Part shown: positions 12,601-26,044 of the stretch, piece by piece
Layout: each line of letters begins with the position of its first letter
How positions within the stretch are numbered: position 1 is the stretch's first letter
Assembly: GCA_964016885.1 (NCBI GenBank)
Contig: OZ024748.1
Span: 48,484,001 to 48,548,000, forward strand
From: Eledone cirrhosa
Taxonomy: Eukaryota
Direction: 5' to 3'
DNA: 64,000 nucleotides
Position numbers and translations under genes: made by a program
Notes under the pieces: generated by a model
Databases searched by the model: none
Seen by the model: only the letters and a program-made list of their open reading frames with translations
Told to the model about the DNA's origin: nothing

Positions 12601-15151
12601 ATATATCTGTGTGTATATGAGTGTCATCATCATCATCATCGTTTAACGTCCATCTTCCATGCTTGCATGGGTTTGGACAGGAATTTCCCCACTTGAGGCA
12701 AGATTGGTTGTCTTGCTCGTATAGGACTGTCTGACGGGTTTTCTATGGCTGGATGCCCTTCCTAACACCAACTACATTTACAGTGTGGACTGGGAGGTTT
12801 TTACCGTGTTACCTACACGGCCACATTACAGCGTGGACTGTGTGTTTTTTTTGTCATGACACCTACACGATATCATTTATTTCGGACTGGATGTTGTGGT
12901 ACCAACATAACTTTACATCGAAAGGGGTGTGGATGGGGTGGGGGTAGTGGGACGGGTGTGTATTTTTGTTAAGAGGTGCCTACTGACTGTAGGTTTCGCT
13001 TTGTACTTAGGCAAGAAGTGTGTGTATGTGATATGTATAGATGATGAACACTAGGGGAAGAAGTATACCAAGAAATCTGTGGAAGGAAGCTACAGATGAG
13101 GAGAGATCAAGGCAGACCTTGGTAGAGGTTGTGAGAGCTGAGCACAAATTGTTGAAGCTCAAAAAAATTATTGACAGACTGCAATGAGTGGAGGGGTGGT
13201 ATGTTGGAAAAAACCTGCCCTACCCTACCATATGCAAGCAAGGAAAAGCAGACGTAAAACAATCATGATTACACGTATATGTGTGCGTGTGTGTATATAT
13301 ACATATGCATCTGCACACACACACAGATACACACATAGATATGTGCACATATTTGTCTATATGGTCAATTCATAAACCTCAACAACAACAAAAGAAATAA
13401 GGTTAAGTTTATAATCCACAGTGAATCAACAAAGAAAAATGAAAGGAAAAAAATAACCCCACCACCACCACCAACAGAGGCCTAACTATCATCAACGCTA
13501 CCACCACCAGCCTAAACACCATCACCCTAACCACCGACACAGGCCCAACTATCATCAACGCTACTACTACCACCAACCTAACCACCATCACCACCACCAA
13601 CACCACCCAATGCTGCTGCTGCCACCACAATCACCACCACCCAATGCTGCTACCACTACCACCACCACCACCACGTTACCACTACCCAATACTGCTACCA
13701 CCACCACCACCACCCAATACTGCTACCACCACCACCACCACCACCCAATGCTACCACCACCACCACCACCCAATGCTACCACCACCACCACCACCACCAC
13801 CCAATGCTACCACAACCACCACTATTAACCAACCAAACAACAATGAACACACACATTGACACATGAAATTTGGTAAATAACCACACTACATTGCTACAGT
13901 CATACCCAATGAACAAATACAATAACGAAATTTTATAAAAATGGAGGAAAAAACACAAAAAAACTAATTTTATTATCTGCTAAATCAGAAAAATAATGTT
14001 TTTTTTAGTCTGTTGTTTTTGTTTGTTGTATTGGCTTTGTTTTTGTTGTTTTAGATGTCTTTCATTTGTTTTGTAAGAGAAATACTTGCTTTCTGCTCCA
14101 GTTGAAACATAAAAACCCAGAAAATTAAACGTATAGAGAAGATTGGAAAATATGTGAAGGAACATAATAAAATATTGTTATATTGGGGGAGGGTCATGTT
14201 GTCCTATAGCCAGAAAAAAATAGCAACAAACACCCACTGTTTGGTTTGGTTTTCACTTCAGTATATTTTTATATTTCTATAAATAATTTAGCCGGCAATC
14301 AATGTTTTTATCATTGATTGACAAACAGTTAAAAATATAAATATAGTTTTTCAAAGTTCTTTCCCCACACATATTTGTGACATCTTCAATGATTATTGTT
14401 TCTTCCTGTTGTGTTCCTATACGTTTTTTTTATTTATTTATTTTTGTTGTCTCTGCGCATGCGTTTGTGTGCATGTATTCTGTTTGGTGTGTGCCCCTGC
14501 GTTTGAATCTGAGTCTGTGTGTGTTTATATTCTACCTTTGGTCACTAGTGTGTTTGTTGTTATTGCATCTGTGTGTTTATATTCTATTTTTAGTCACTAG
14601 TCTGTTTGTTATTGCATCTGTGTATATTTATATTCTACCTTTGGTCACTAGTGTGTGTTTGTGTGTGGTGGTTGTTATTCCATTCATGTTTTCTGTTCAG
14701 CCTAGGTTGTCTTAATGCTATTTCTGTAGCCTCCCTAATTTGTCTAAGTGTCGAATTATTTCTATGTTTAGATGATATTTTAACTTCTATGCTGTCTATT
14801 TTTCCATTGTGTCTTAATCTGGTGTGTTCATATAGTACTGAATTGTTTTTTTGTCCATTTAGTTCACTCCAATGTTCATCTATCCTCTCTCCTATGCTAC
14901 AGGCTGTGTGGTGTTGTTGTCATGTTTCTGCAGGCACCCTCTGTACATCTTATGCTATAGACTACATTTCTAGTTTTACAATTTATTTATGGACTCACTC
15001 TACATATTACACATTTCTTATTTGTACAGCGGAGAAGATGGCAAAGGACTAAGATGATTGGAGATGCTATGCAGGAAAGAACCCATCCAACCCATGTAAG
15101 CATGGAAAAGCAGACGAAAAGCGGTGCTGATGATGATGATGATTATATATA

Positions 15152-16050
15152 TATCATCATCATCATTTTACACTCACTTTTCCCTGCTTGCAAGGGTGGG
15201 ACGGGTCCTATTCAGCACAGCATCTCTCCACTTGTCACGGTCCTTCGTCATCTCCTCCGAGAGTTTCAGCAATCTGAGGTCTGCTCTCACCACCTCCGCC
15301 CATGTTTTTCGTGGTCTTCCTTCTACTGGGACTGGGATTTCTTGGTACTTCTTTATCCAGCGGTCATCCTCCATGTACATCACATGTCCATACCATCTCA
15401 GTTTTCTCTCCTACTCACCACAACTTATCCTTCTTATACCCAGTTTCTTTCTCAACTCATCTATGCTTGGTCGTTCATGCACATTGACATTGCACATCCA
15501 ACGGAGCATGCTTGCTTCATTTCTCTCCAGCCGTCGGATATCCTCTGCAGTTGCTGCCCATGTCTCACTACCATGCAGCATCGCGCATCTCACACAGGCA
15601 TCATATAACCGTCCTTTCGTACGCAGGGAGAAACCCTTCTTTGTCAACAGAGGAAGCAGTTCCCTAAACTTCTTCCAACCAGTCCTTATTCTAGATACTA
15701 TGGCCTCAGAACACGCCCTGCCCATGCTAATCTGATCACCTAGGTACCGGAAGCTATCAACCACTTCTATAGAACCAACCTGCATTGGAAAAATGTGTCT
15801 ATCACTGCGATTACTACTGCCAACTTTCCCTATACATCTACTGCATACGTAGTTTTCCCTACCTATTAGTTTTCCTACATTTCTTGTGTACCCAAGATCT
15901 GCATTGCGTACATTTTATGGAATTTATGCCAGTTCCTTTTCTACATATCGCATATGGCCATTTCCCTGATGGAATCAGAGTATTGTCCTCTCTTCTACTT
16001 ATCAACAATTTTGTCATAGCTATGTTCACTCTCAGTCCTCTTGATTCCAA
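15152..16050 (-). mobile_element. RTE LINE 3' fragment including the zinc-finger segment
   Basis: GKWPYAICRKGTGINSIKCTQCRSWVHKKC, SFRYLGD, MLHGSETW, GRPRKTWAEVV. It lies tail-to-tail with a plus-strand 3' end at ~15025-15145. Confidence 0.9.
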
Positions 16051-16325
16051 TGACGTATTATCTTCGTTTTTTCGTTCATCGCCAGAGAACGTCTCTATGC
16101 ACCACCTAAGAGAACATTAGTCTACGACCTCTTTTATACCATAAACGTGGTTCTGTCTTTGCGTGTAATTGTTTTTCACCGCTCCTATTAATGACGTATT
16201 ATATTCGTTTTTTCCCGTTCTTTGCCAGGGAACGTTTCCACGAACCAAAGTATCGTCTTCCTGTCTTCCTCCGGTTGCAACGTTTTTTGAAATATCCAGT
16301 TCTGCGTTTACAGATTGACTTTGTT

Positions 16326-16376
16326 AGTTTCAGAAGATCCCGTTAAGGGTGAAAGCAGCGATTCTTTGCTTAAACT
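16326..16376 (+). ncRNA. Hammerhead motif, U4A variant, in a pLTR remnant (~16050-16490)
   Basis: aguuu-CAGAAGA-uCCCguuaaGGGu-GAAA-GCA...UGC-UU-aaacu. Same family as 9514-9564. Confidence 0.65.
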
Positions 16377-17307
16377 TTAATCTGTTATTTTAATAAATAT
16401 TTGCTCTACGGTTCTTATATATTTGATATATATTTATCCTTATCGAACCCTCTTTGGATTTTAGTCTTCAAATTTATTATTATTACTATATATATATATA
16501 TGTAGTTTACAGCAGAGAGAAAAGAGTACTCAATACTGAAGTAGAGTTTGAATATTTTCTAGAGTAATAAGGTTCACTATTTAGCCTAATTAAAATGAAT
16601 ATATATATGATTATTTTCAATGAATATTTGAAATTTGGTTTTATTACTTTGATCACTAATGAGAAAATATCTTGGGTTTGATAGGTGAAAAAATATTTGG
16701 AAATGATGCAATAAAGTCTTCAAATACGAAAGACTGCCTTGTGGGGATAGATTCAAATAAGACATACAATAATTTGTAAGTAAAGTATGAGGGTTGGCTG
16801 AGAAGTTCATAGGCAGGTCAAGATACTCCCCTAGAATGACCAAATGAGATCTATTTTTCAACATGCAGTTATTAAGAAGAAGAGTTCAAATTAATGCATT
16901 CAAGATTTCACAGCGCTAGCATCAATCTTTCATAATTAGCCTATGATTATAAAGGGTTGATGTTTCTTTCTGTACATCCCCACCGGATATCTTCTGTGAT
17001 TATACGTAACCAAGGGACCACAGAACATTTGTATGTCCCACTGTGATTTCCCATATATTCACAAACCATTTGTGATTAATATTGATTTCACCCCCACCCC
17101 CACCATCAATACCTCTCGATGTTGTAATGAGGTAATATTGGTGCCTTGATAGACAAGTACTAAGTCCACGCTGTAAGATGGTGGTGGTAGTGGTAGTGGT
17201 GCCACAAGAAAAAAATCCCCAGTTCACCCTGTACAATGGTAGTGCTGGTACCACGACAAAAAAGGCACCCAGCCCACCCTGTAAGCATGAAAAATAGACA
17301 TTAAACA

Positions 17308-17570
17308 GTGAAGATGATGATGATGATCGTGATGGTGTTGATGATGATGATGATCGTGATGGTGTTGTTGATGATGATGATGATCGTGATGGTGTTGATG
17401 ATGATGACAGTGGTGATGGTGATGATGATGATGGCAGTAGTGATGATGGTGACGATGGCGATGGCAGTGATGGTGATGGTAGTAGTGATGATGGTGACGA
17501 TGGCGATGGCAGTGATGGTGATGGTAGTAGTGATGATGGTGACGATGGCGATGGCAGTGATGGTGATGGT
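17308..17570. repeat. (GAT)/(GGT) compound microsatellite at an RTE tail
   Basis: Directly follows an RTE-type 3' end (aagcatgaaaaatagacattaaa). Confidence 0.8.
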
Positions 17571-18889
17571 AAATATTAAGAAGAGATTTGGTGAAAACCT
17601 CTTTGAAAGAAAGAAAAAATAGGAAAAAAACAAGAATTTGGGTAATCCATATCTTTTTTAATGTTTGTTATTTTTTGCTAGTTGTAGAGAATATACAGAA
17701 TGCTATTGTCATAGGATTTAATGTCTGATTCCTTAAGCTGAAATAGTCAAGATATGGATGGTTATAAGTCCGTCTGCAGTCATGTGTCAATTTTTTAGCA
17801 ACTAGTACAATAATAGTAAGGTGGTGAATTGGCAGAGTTGTTAGGACATTGAATAGAATGCTTGGCACTATTTGTTTCAGCTCCCAGCTTTCTGAGTTAA
17901 AATCCTGCCAAAGTCAACTTTGCCTTTCATACATTTGGGGTTGATAAAAAAAAGTACCAGTCTAGTACTGAGGTTGATTCTTCCTCAATATCACTTTTTC
18001 ACTTCCATTCTCTCATTCTATCCTTATCTGGAAGAAATCTGCTATATTGAGACCTGGAGAGGAAATGGGCTCTGCCAGGTTTTTACAAAAATGTCCTAAA
18101 AACGCCATATGTCAATGTGGCACTCCTACAACTCTATCAGAAGTTACAGGTCCAGACATTATAACAGTATATATGGTATACTATGTATTTTGTCTGATTT
18201 TCTACCAATACTGCCACTGCTAATTAATAATTATTATTATTATGGTTTCTAAAAATGGTCGATAAAATAAAGTACCAGTAATGTACTGGGTAATTGCTGG
18301 CCTTGTGCCTAAAGTAGAAACAATTACAGGGCGGTGGATTGGCTACGGCGGTGGATTGGCAGTATCGGTAGAGGGTCAGGCACCATGCTTTCCAGCATAG
18401 TTACGTCCCTTTACGATCTGAGTTCAAATCCCGCCGAGGTTGACTTTGCCTTTCATTCTTACGGGGTCGATAAAATAAAGTACCAGTAATGCACTGGGTA
18501 ATTTGCTGGCCTTGTGCCTAAAGTAGAAACAATTATTATTATGGTTTCTGATTTAGGCACAAGGTGAGCAATTTTTTTTGGGGGGGAGGGGGGGTCATTT
18601 AAATTGACTCCAATGTGTTACTGGTACTTTATTTTATCGACCTCACAGGGATGAAAGGTAAAGATACCCTTGGCAGGATTTAAACTCAGAATGTCGCAAA
18701 GCATACCTGACGCTCTACCAATTCTGCCAATCCACCAGCCTAATAATAGTATACATGTTATATATGGTATACTATGTATTTTAGCAGCAGATAGAGAACT
18801 AAGGCTGGAGTGGCCTGTGGGGAGGGGGGGGGGTCAGGCAGGAGAGGGTTGACAGATAGTTGACAGTGAGAGGATTGAAAGAAACAGAG

Positions 18890-19710
18890 AGATGGGAAGA
18901 GAGAGAGAGAGAGAGAGAGAGGAGAGATTGGGAAAGAAAGAGAGAGAGGAGAGATTGGGAGAGAAAGAGAGAGAGAAGGAGAGATTGAGAGAGAAAGAGA
19001 GAGAGAAGGAGAGATTGAGAGAGAAAGAGAGAGAGAAGGAAAGAGTGAGGCAATGTAAAGAAAGCAGGGGAGATAAAATGAAGAAATGAGAAATAGTGAA
19101 GAGAAAAAGCAAGAGACTAAAGAGTGACATGATAGAGATACTTAGAAAGAGAGAGAGAATAGATGATAGGCAGAGAGAGAGAGAGAGAGAGAAAGAAAGG
19201 GATGAGAGATAGAGATGGGGGTGATAGATAGAGAAAGAGAGAGATGGGGATGAGAGAGAGAGAGATGAGGATGAGAGAGAGATGGGGATGAGAGAGATAG
19301 GGGGGAGGGGGAAGAAGAGGGGGGAGGGGGGAGAGAGGGGTGATAGATAGCTAGATAGGTGATGGTGGTGGTTTAATGGTGGTAGTAGTAGTAGTAGTAG
19401 ACAGGTAATGAGAGGAGGAAAGAGAGAGAGAGAGAAAGGAGGGAAGAGGAAAATAGGTAGAATAGAAATAAGAGAGAAAAGAGATTGATGAGATGGAAAG
19501 GAGGAGGAGGATGAGGAAGAGAGAGACAGACAAAGAGTCACAATGAGTGGACAGATAATGATAGAGATGGGAGGAGGGGTGATAGAGAGAGAAAAAGGAG
19601 GAATGATAGAGAGAGGGGGGGGGAGAGAGAGAAGTAAAAAACAGCTAAAGGAGAAATAAGGAGTGAGAAAAAAAAAGAGAAAAAGCCAGAGGTGAGGAAG
19701 AAAAGGATAC
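18890..19710. repeat. GA-rich polypurine tract
   Basis: (GA)n runs plus 30-bp gagagaaagagagagagaaggagagatt-type units. Confidence 0.9.
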
Positions 19711-20029
19711 AAGAATGTGAAGCTAAGAATAGTAAAAAGCTAATTCAACTGTGTAGAACAATGGAAGATTATGAACGACAATAATGGCTTCTAATTTAGG
19801 AACAAAGCCAATAATTTGTTGGGGGGGGTGATGGGGGAGGTAAGTTGATTATATAGTTCCCAGTACATGACTGATACTTTATTATATTGAACTCTGGAGA
19901 GGATGAAAGGCAAAGATGACCTCAGACGGATTTGAACTCAGAATGTAAAAAGCTGGAACAAATGTTGTGAAGTATTTGTTCAACACTCAACTATGTCACT
20001 GAGCAACACAGATAAATAGATGGAGAGTT

Positions 20030-20220
20030 ACCAATTAAGACAAGACTATTATTCAGCTTAGAACTTAATGCTTAAGAAAGTAGAGTGTAGATATTATAAG
20101 TTTTTGCCCTACAGTTTGAGCTCTTGCCATTCAACAGAGAATGGGTAACAGTGAGTGGGCAATTACCTTATTCACTGTCGAAATGGTAAGAGCTCAGCTG
20201 TAGGGCAGAAAATCATAATA
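20030..20220. mobile_element. Fold-back pLTR remnant containing the HHR 3' half
   Basis: Inverted arms ~20092-20148 and ~20163-20220 with gtcGAAATGGTaagagctcaGCTGTAgggc. Similar to 45857 and 41869. Confidence 0.6.
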
Positions 20221-21076
20221 TATAATTGTTTCTACTTTTGGCACAAGGCCACAATTACCCAGTGCATTACTGGTACTTTATTTTATCGACCCCCCGTAAG
20301 GATGAAAGGCAAAGTTAACCTCGGCGGGATTTGAACTCAGAATGGCAAGGGCCGTAACTCTATGCGTCAAAGCATGTCGTCCGACCCTCTACCGATACTG
20401 CCAACCCACCATAACGATAATGTTTATGTTTCAGTTTTCTATTTTCCATTAAATAATTTCATGTTTCCTTTTAATGGAACCCTAAATAGGACTATAGTGA
20501 AAGCACATGGCCTAGTGGTAAGGGTGTTGGGCTTACAGTCATAATGCCATGGGTTCGATTCCTGGACTGAGTTGTGTGTTGTGTTCTTGAGCAAAACATT
20601 TAATGCAGCTCCAGTATACTCAGCTGAAAAGGAACATAACATGGTCACCTGATTAGTCTAGTCTCAGTACATAACAGCTCATCTATTCTACTGCAAGTAT
20701 GGAAAATAGATGTTAAATAGTGATGATGATGATGATATATATATATATAAAAGAACATAAAACATACCTTATTTAAACCCTGTGGTCCCCACCCCCACCC
20801 ATTTCCCCATCCCTCCATTTCCATTACATAACCAGAAAAAAAACTATTCCGTCCAATATTAAGTGAGATTTATAATGCCTGGAAACAAGCAAAATAAATA
20901 AAAAAATGTCCTCCCTTCCAATGTGATAAGTGTTTGATTATATTTGGCTGGCTCACTGACTATTGATGGCCAACAGTAGCTGGAGAAAAATTGTGCTGTT
21001 AACTCTAACTATCAATATGTGTGACTGTCTCTGTGTGTATCTGTGTATGTGTGTGTGTGTGTGTCTGTGTGTGTGT

Positions 21077-21115
<39 letters not shown>

Positions 21116-21224
21116 TGTGTGTGCGTGTGTGTTAACTGATCTATATTGCATTATATTTTCTTTCTCTCCCTGTGATTGAATTAACTGTTCTTATAATCCA
21201 CAGTTCAACCAACAGATCACATGT

Positions 21225-21535
21225 TAAATAAAGCTCTACCTCACATGACATGTATAAAGCTTTACCTCTCATCACTACATGCTCAATACAGCTCTCTCTC
21301 ACATCACCACATGTTGTATATAACTTTACCTCACATGCCATGTATAAAGCTCTCCTTCTCATCACTACATGTATAAAGCTCTCCCTCAAATCACTACATG
21401 TATAAAGCTCTCCTTCTCATCACTACATGCATAAAGCTCTCCCTCAAATCACTACATGTATAAAGCTCTCCTTCTCATCACTACATGTATAAAGCTCTCC
21501 CTTTCATCACATGTTGTATAAAGCTCTCCCTCTCA
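21225..21535. repeat. ~29-bp minisatellite
   Basis: Units of catgtataaagctctcc(c/t)tc(a/t)(a/c)atcacta. Confidence 0.85.
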
Positions 21536-22747
21536 TGCATATGATGAACATTTTTTCTTAAATCAGGCAAACTATTATTATATTGCTGGTTTAAAGACAT
21601 TGATAGACGATAAAATAACAAAAAAGAAGTGGAACATTCTCGCTTCAGTAGTTTCTGGGATATTAGAGTTGACTGTGAAGTAATGAATCTAATAAAGAAA
21701 CTAGCACCTGATTTGGTGGTTGTTGTTTGTGGGGGTGGTTGTGGTGGTGGTTGTTGTTGTGTTGGTGGTGGTGGTGGTTGTCGTGGTGGTGGTGGTTGTC
21801 GCGGTGGTTGTTGTTGTTGTGGTGGTGGTGGTTGCTTTTGTAGTGTTTGTGGTGGTTACTGTTGTGGTGGTGGTTGTTGGTGTGATTCTTGTTGTAGTTG
21901 CTGCTGTTTAACTCTAAACATCTAGTAATAATTTAGCAGAAAATATCTTAAAATAGGTTTGATGATTCAAATGTTCCTAGTATCTTTACTAATGGACAGA
22001 TCCTTGTGAAAATTTACAGTATTAGAGTAAAAACTCTCTGATCTATGAGCTACATATTTTATCAAGTAACATTACTCCAAAGACCCTTTGGAAAAACCCC
22101 ATTTAAGCCATTTGCATTCACGTTTTTTTAAAGATTACCCCTATACTGTACATCATCATCACCTTCGTTTATCTTCCACGCTAGCATGGGTTAGACGGGA
22201 GTTGTCCCGCTTGAGGCAAGGTTGGTCGGGTGACCGTGTCTCGCTCGTATAGGACTATCTGGCAGGTTTTCTACGACTGGATGCCCTTCCTAACACCAAC
22301 TACATTTACAGTATGGCACTGGGAACTTTTTACATATTACAGCGTGGACTGTTTTTTTGTCGTGACACCTAGACGATCTCAATCTCATTTATTTGGACTG
22401 GATGTTGTGGTACCAACTTTACAGAGAGAGAGTGATGGTGGTGGGAGTGGGAAGATAGGGTAGGGGTAGTGGATTGGGGTGTATATTTGGTTAAGAGGTG
22501 ACTACTGACTGTAGGTTTCGCTTTGTACATAGGCAAAGTGGGTCTTTTGTATTACTGCGTAGTGCTAAAGATCTCGGTCCAGTGACATTGTCTTAGAGAG
22601 GTGCAAGTGTGTAAGGACGGAATTTATCAAATCATCCCAGGTTTTTCTTGGTCTACCTACTCCGTAACTACCTTCAATTTTGATCGCCCTGCACTTTTTA
22701 ATACAGCTGTCGTCTTTCATGCAGATCACGTGGCCATACCAACGTAA

Positions 22748-24899
22748 CATCATCATCATCATCATCAACGTTTAACGTCCGTGTTCCACGCTTGCATGGG
22801 TTTGGACGGGGGTAGTCCCACTTGAGGCAAGAGTGATTGTCTTGCTCGCATAGGACTGTCTGGCAGGTTTTCTACAGTTGGATGCCCTTCCTAACACCAA
22901 CCACATTTACAGTGTGGGTCTGGGAGGTTTTTACCGTGTTGCCTACACGGCCACATTACAGCGTGGACTGTGTGTTTTTTTGTCGTGACACCTACACGAT
23001 CTCATTTGTTTCGGCCTGGATGGCGCGGCACCAACATAACTTTACATAGAACGGGGGTGGTGTGGATGGGGTGGGGGTGGTGGCGGGACGGGGTGTAGTT
23101 TGTTAGAGATGCCTACTGGCAAGGCGGGTCTTCTCTGTTACTGAGTACCGCCAAAGGTCACGGTCCAGTGACATTGTCTTGGAGAGGTGTAAGTGTGTGA
23201 GGTCGGAGTTTATCAGCTCATCCCATGTTTTTCTAGGTCTGCCTATTCCGTGGCTACCGTCTATCTTTATTGCCCTGCACTTTGTAATACAGCTATCGAC
23301 TTTCATGCGCATCACGTGTCCATACCAACGCAGCCTTCTCTCGAGTAAACAACATCTGATCCCTCTTATCTCTAATTTTTTCCTTAGTTCGTTTATGCTT
23401 TGCCGTTCACGTATATTACTGTTACACATCCAGCGGAGCATGCAAGCTTCGTTCCTCTCTAGTCTGCGTATATCCTCTGCACACAATGCCCAGGTCTCAC
23501 TACCATGCAACATTGCTGTTCGTATGCAGGCATCGTACAACCTGCCTTTCATTTTTAGGGAGAACCCTTTAGCAGCTAATAGTGGTATAAGCTCTCTGAA
23601 CTTTTTCCAACCAGTTCTGACTCTAGCTACAGTACTTTCAGAGCACCCTCCCCCACTGCTGATTTTATCGCCCAGGTAACGGAAGCTGTCCACTATTTCT
23701 ATAGAACCCTCTGCGCAATTGAAAGAGCTAGTATTTTGTGGGCACTTGCTGCTACTTATTGCACCAGAACACCGGCCACATGTAAAGTCTATGTTCTTAG
23801 TTAGCTTACCTGTGATCCCACTACATCTTTTATGCACCCATACTTTGCATTTAGGACATAAGATGGAGTTTCTACCTACGCCTTTCCTACATACCGAGCA
23901 CGACCATTTCCCAGAAGGGACCGCCGCCTTGTTTTCTTTCCTACAAACTAGAACTTTGGTCTTAGCCAGGTTAATTTTAAGTCCTTTTGACTCTAGGCCG
24001 TGCTTCCATGTTTGGAATTTCTCCTCTAGCTCGGCCATTGATTCCGCTATGAGTGTCAGGTCGTCTGCGTATAGGAGTTCCCATGGGCAGCCTGTCTTGA
24101 ACTCCTCTGTTATAGCCTGAAGGGCAATAATAAATAGTAGGGGGCTGAGAACAGAGCCCTGATGGACGCCAACTTTTACGCTAAACTCTTCACTATATTC
24201 GTTGTTAATTCTAACCTTGCTGACTGTTTCTTTATACATGGCTTGTATAGCCCTCACAAGCCATTCGTCAACGCCTAGTTTTCTAAGAGCCCACCAGATA
24301 ATGGAGCGGGGGACTCTGTCGAAGGCTTTCTCCAGGTCGACAAAAGCTAAGTAGAGGGGTTTACCTTTAGCTAGGTACTTCTCCTGTAGTTGTCGTACTA
24401 TGAAAAGAGCGTCTGTGGTGCTTTTGCCTGACACAAACCCGAACTGCATTTCATCTAGATCAATTCTCTCTCTGATTAGTTGCGCTATTACTTTTTCCGT
24501 GACCTTCATGACCTGGTCGATTAATTTAATGCCTCTATAGTTACTCCTATCTAGGGCGTCTCCTTTACCCTTATAACAGTTAACGATGATGCTGCTATGC
24601 CAGTCCTTCGGAACAACCCCATTCTGTACGACTTGGTTAACTATGCGGGTGACCATGGTGTGTCCCACCGTGCCAGATGCCTTCAGCATCTCAGCAACTA
24701 TTTCCGAAGGCCCAGCCGCCTTACCAGTCTTCATATCCTTGATTGCCTTACTTATTATACTCCCCTCGACTAACACTGCTGGTCCCTCTATCGGGTCGAT
24801 ATGGGGGAGACTGTCTTTCTCCCATTTATTCTCCTCATTTAGTAGCCTTTCATAGTGACACTTCCAAGCTACCTTCTTATCAGTGTCGGTGATATAAAG
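22748..24899 (-). mobile_element. 5'-truncated RTE-clade LINE with a 3' UTR and (TGA)n tail
   Basis: Open frame from ~24899 to the stop at 23103, UTR 22770-23102, tail at 22748-22768. No apurinic endonuclease domain remains. Confidence 0.95.
23103..24776 (-). CDS. RTE LINE reverse transcriptase (partial ORF) with an embedded PHD-type finger
   Basis: 557 aa without stops. Motifs NYRGIKL, QFGF, FVDLEKAFDRV, QGSVLSPLLF, YADD, FRYLG, RRLRWYGHV, GRPRKTW. The frame stays open upstream to ~24899, so the listed start is not the true start. Confidence 0.9.
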   Translation of the reverse strand: MLVEGSIISKAIKDMKTGKAAGPSEIVAEMLKASGTVGHTMVTRIVNQVVQNGVVPKDWHSSIIVNCYKGKGDALDRSNYRGIKLIDQVMKVTEKVIAQLIRERIDLDEMQFGFVSGKSTTDALFIVRQLQEKYLAKGKPLYLAFVDLEKAFDRVPRSIIWWALRKLGVDEWLVRAIQAMYKETVSKVRINNEYSEEFSVKVGVHQGSVLSPLLFIIALQAITEEFKTGCPWELLYADDLTLIAESMAELEEKFQTWKHGLESKGLKINLAKTKVLVCRKENKAAVPSGKWSCSVCRKGVGRNSILCPKCKVWVHKRCSGITGKLTKNIDFTCGRCSGAISSSKCPQNTSSFNCAEGSIEIVDSFRYLGDKISSGGGCSESTVARVRTGWKKFRELIPLLAAKGFSLKMKGRLYDACIRTAMLHGSETWALCAEDIRRLERNEACMLRWMCNSNIRERQSINELRKKLEIRGIRCCLLERRLRWYGHVMRMKVDSCITKCRAIKIDGSHGIGRPRKTWDELINSDLTHLHLSKTMSLDRDLWRYSVTEKTRLASRHL

Positions 24900-25109
24900 A
24901 CATATACATAACTTTAAAAATATATATATATAAATTTCGTTTGAGACAGTAGCTTACTGTTTAGGGTTTTGTTAGTTTATTCAATAACCATGATCCTTGT
25001 TAAGGACTCCATGATTATTGACAGGGTGAGGAGGGAAGTTAAACTTTAAGCTGGAGACCTGTTCTAAATACATGTAATAGGGGAGGCTTCATTAAAGGGA
25101 GCAGAGAGT

Positions 25110-25530
25110 TGGCTGGGGTATTAAACTGGGTCTATCACTCCAGAGAGTGTTTAACTGGCAGATGGATTAAGTTCACCACCCCAGGGAGAGTGAGGTGTGT
25201 TTAACTGGCAGATGGATTAAGTTTACCACCTCAGGGAGAGTGAGGGTGTTAAACTGGCAGATGGATTAAGTTCACCACTCCAGGGAGAGTGAGGTGTGTT
25301 TAACTGGCAGATGGATTAAGTTTACCACCCCAGGGAGAGTGAGGGGTGTTAAACTGGCAGATGGATTAAGTTTACCATCCCAGGGAGAGTGAGGGGTGTT
25401 AAACTGGGCGATGGATTAAATTTACCACCTCAGGGAGAGTGAAGGGTGTTAAACTGGCAGATGGATTAAGTTTACCCCTCTAGAGATATGTAGAATTATA
25501 CTGGGAGATGAATTAAGTCAACAACCAAAA
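25110..25530. repeat. ~49-50-bp minisatellite (~8 units)
   Basis: Units of gtgtt(t/a)aactggcagatggattaagtt(t/c)accaccccagggagagtgagg. Confidence 0.9.
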
Positions 25531-26044
25531 CGGATATGAATATATTAGAAATATATTCACAACAGTTCCTGAGAAGAAATACTTACAATGGATTTGATCC
25601 CATGATCTGATGGTTCAAATTATATCCTAATTAATCATTTTGACTATTACAAACGTTTGTAATTAAAAAGTTGTTTTTTTAATTCTATTAAAAGTCAATT
25701 GGTGAATTGGGTAAATTCGTTACAACTAGAGACAGAATGCCCTGCAATATCCATTCAGCTCACAGCACTCAGGTCAAATCCTGCACATTTCAAATTTCAA
25801 ATTCTCCCAATGCTTCTTAAGTAAACCAGATGTTTACACTTCTAGCTACAGGCTTAACATTATCTAAAGACAGAATTGGCAACAAGTAGTTCATCAGCAT
25901 AGTAGTTAATACACTTGACATAGGTGCAGCATTTGATTCCTTGCAGGCACCTATCGACTTTTTCCGTCTACTTTGCTTCATTTTCTCAACTATTATTACA
26001 GTCATTTGCATTGGGACGCACACATTTCAAATAGTTCTTCATAA

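Noticed and set aside
16685-16775. Possible plus-strand exon (gatag...gtaagt; EKIFGNDAIKSSNTKDCLVG)
   Set aside because: The polypyrimidine tract is weak, there is no recognisable homology or partner exon, and it abuts a mariner-like TIR scrap.
20502-20570. tRNA gene
   Set aside because: The A/B boxes continue into a SINE body that is repeated at 9785-9930, and there is no clean cloverleaf.
20768-20878. Minus-strand exon-like segment with good acceptor and donor
   Set aside because: It has stops in all three frames. It could only be a UTR or lncRNA exon, which needs RNA-seq to support.
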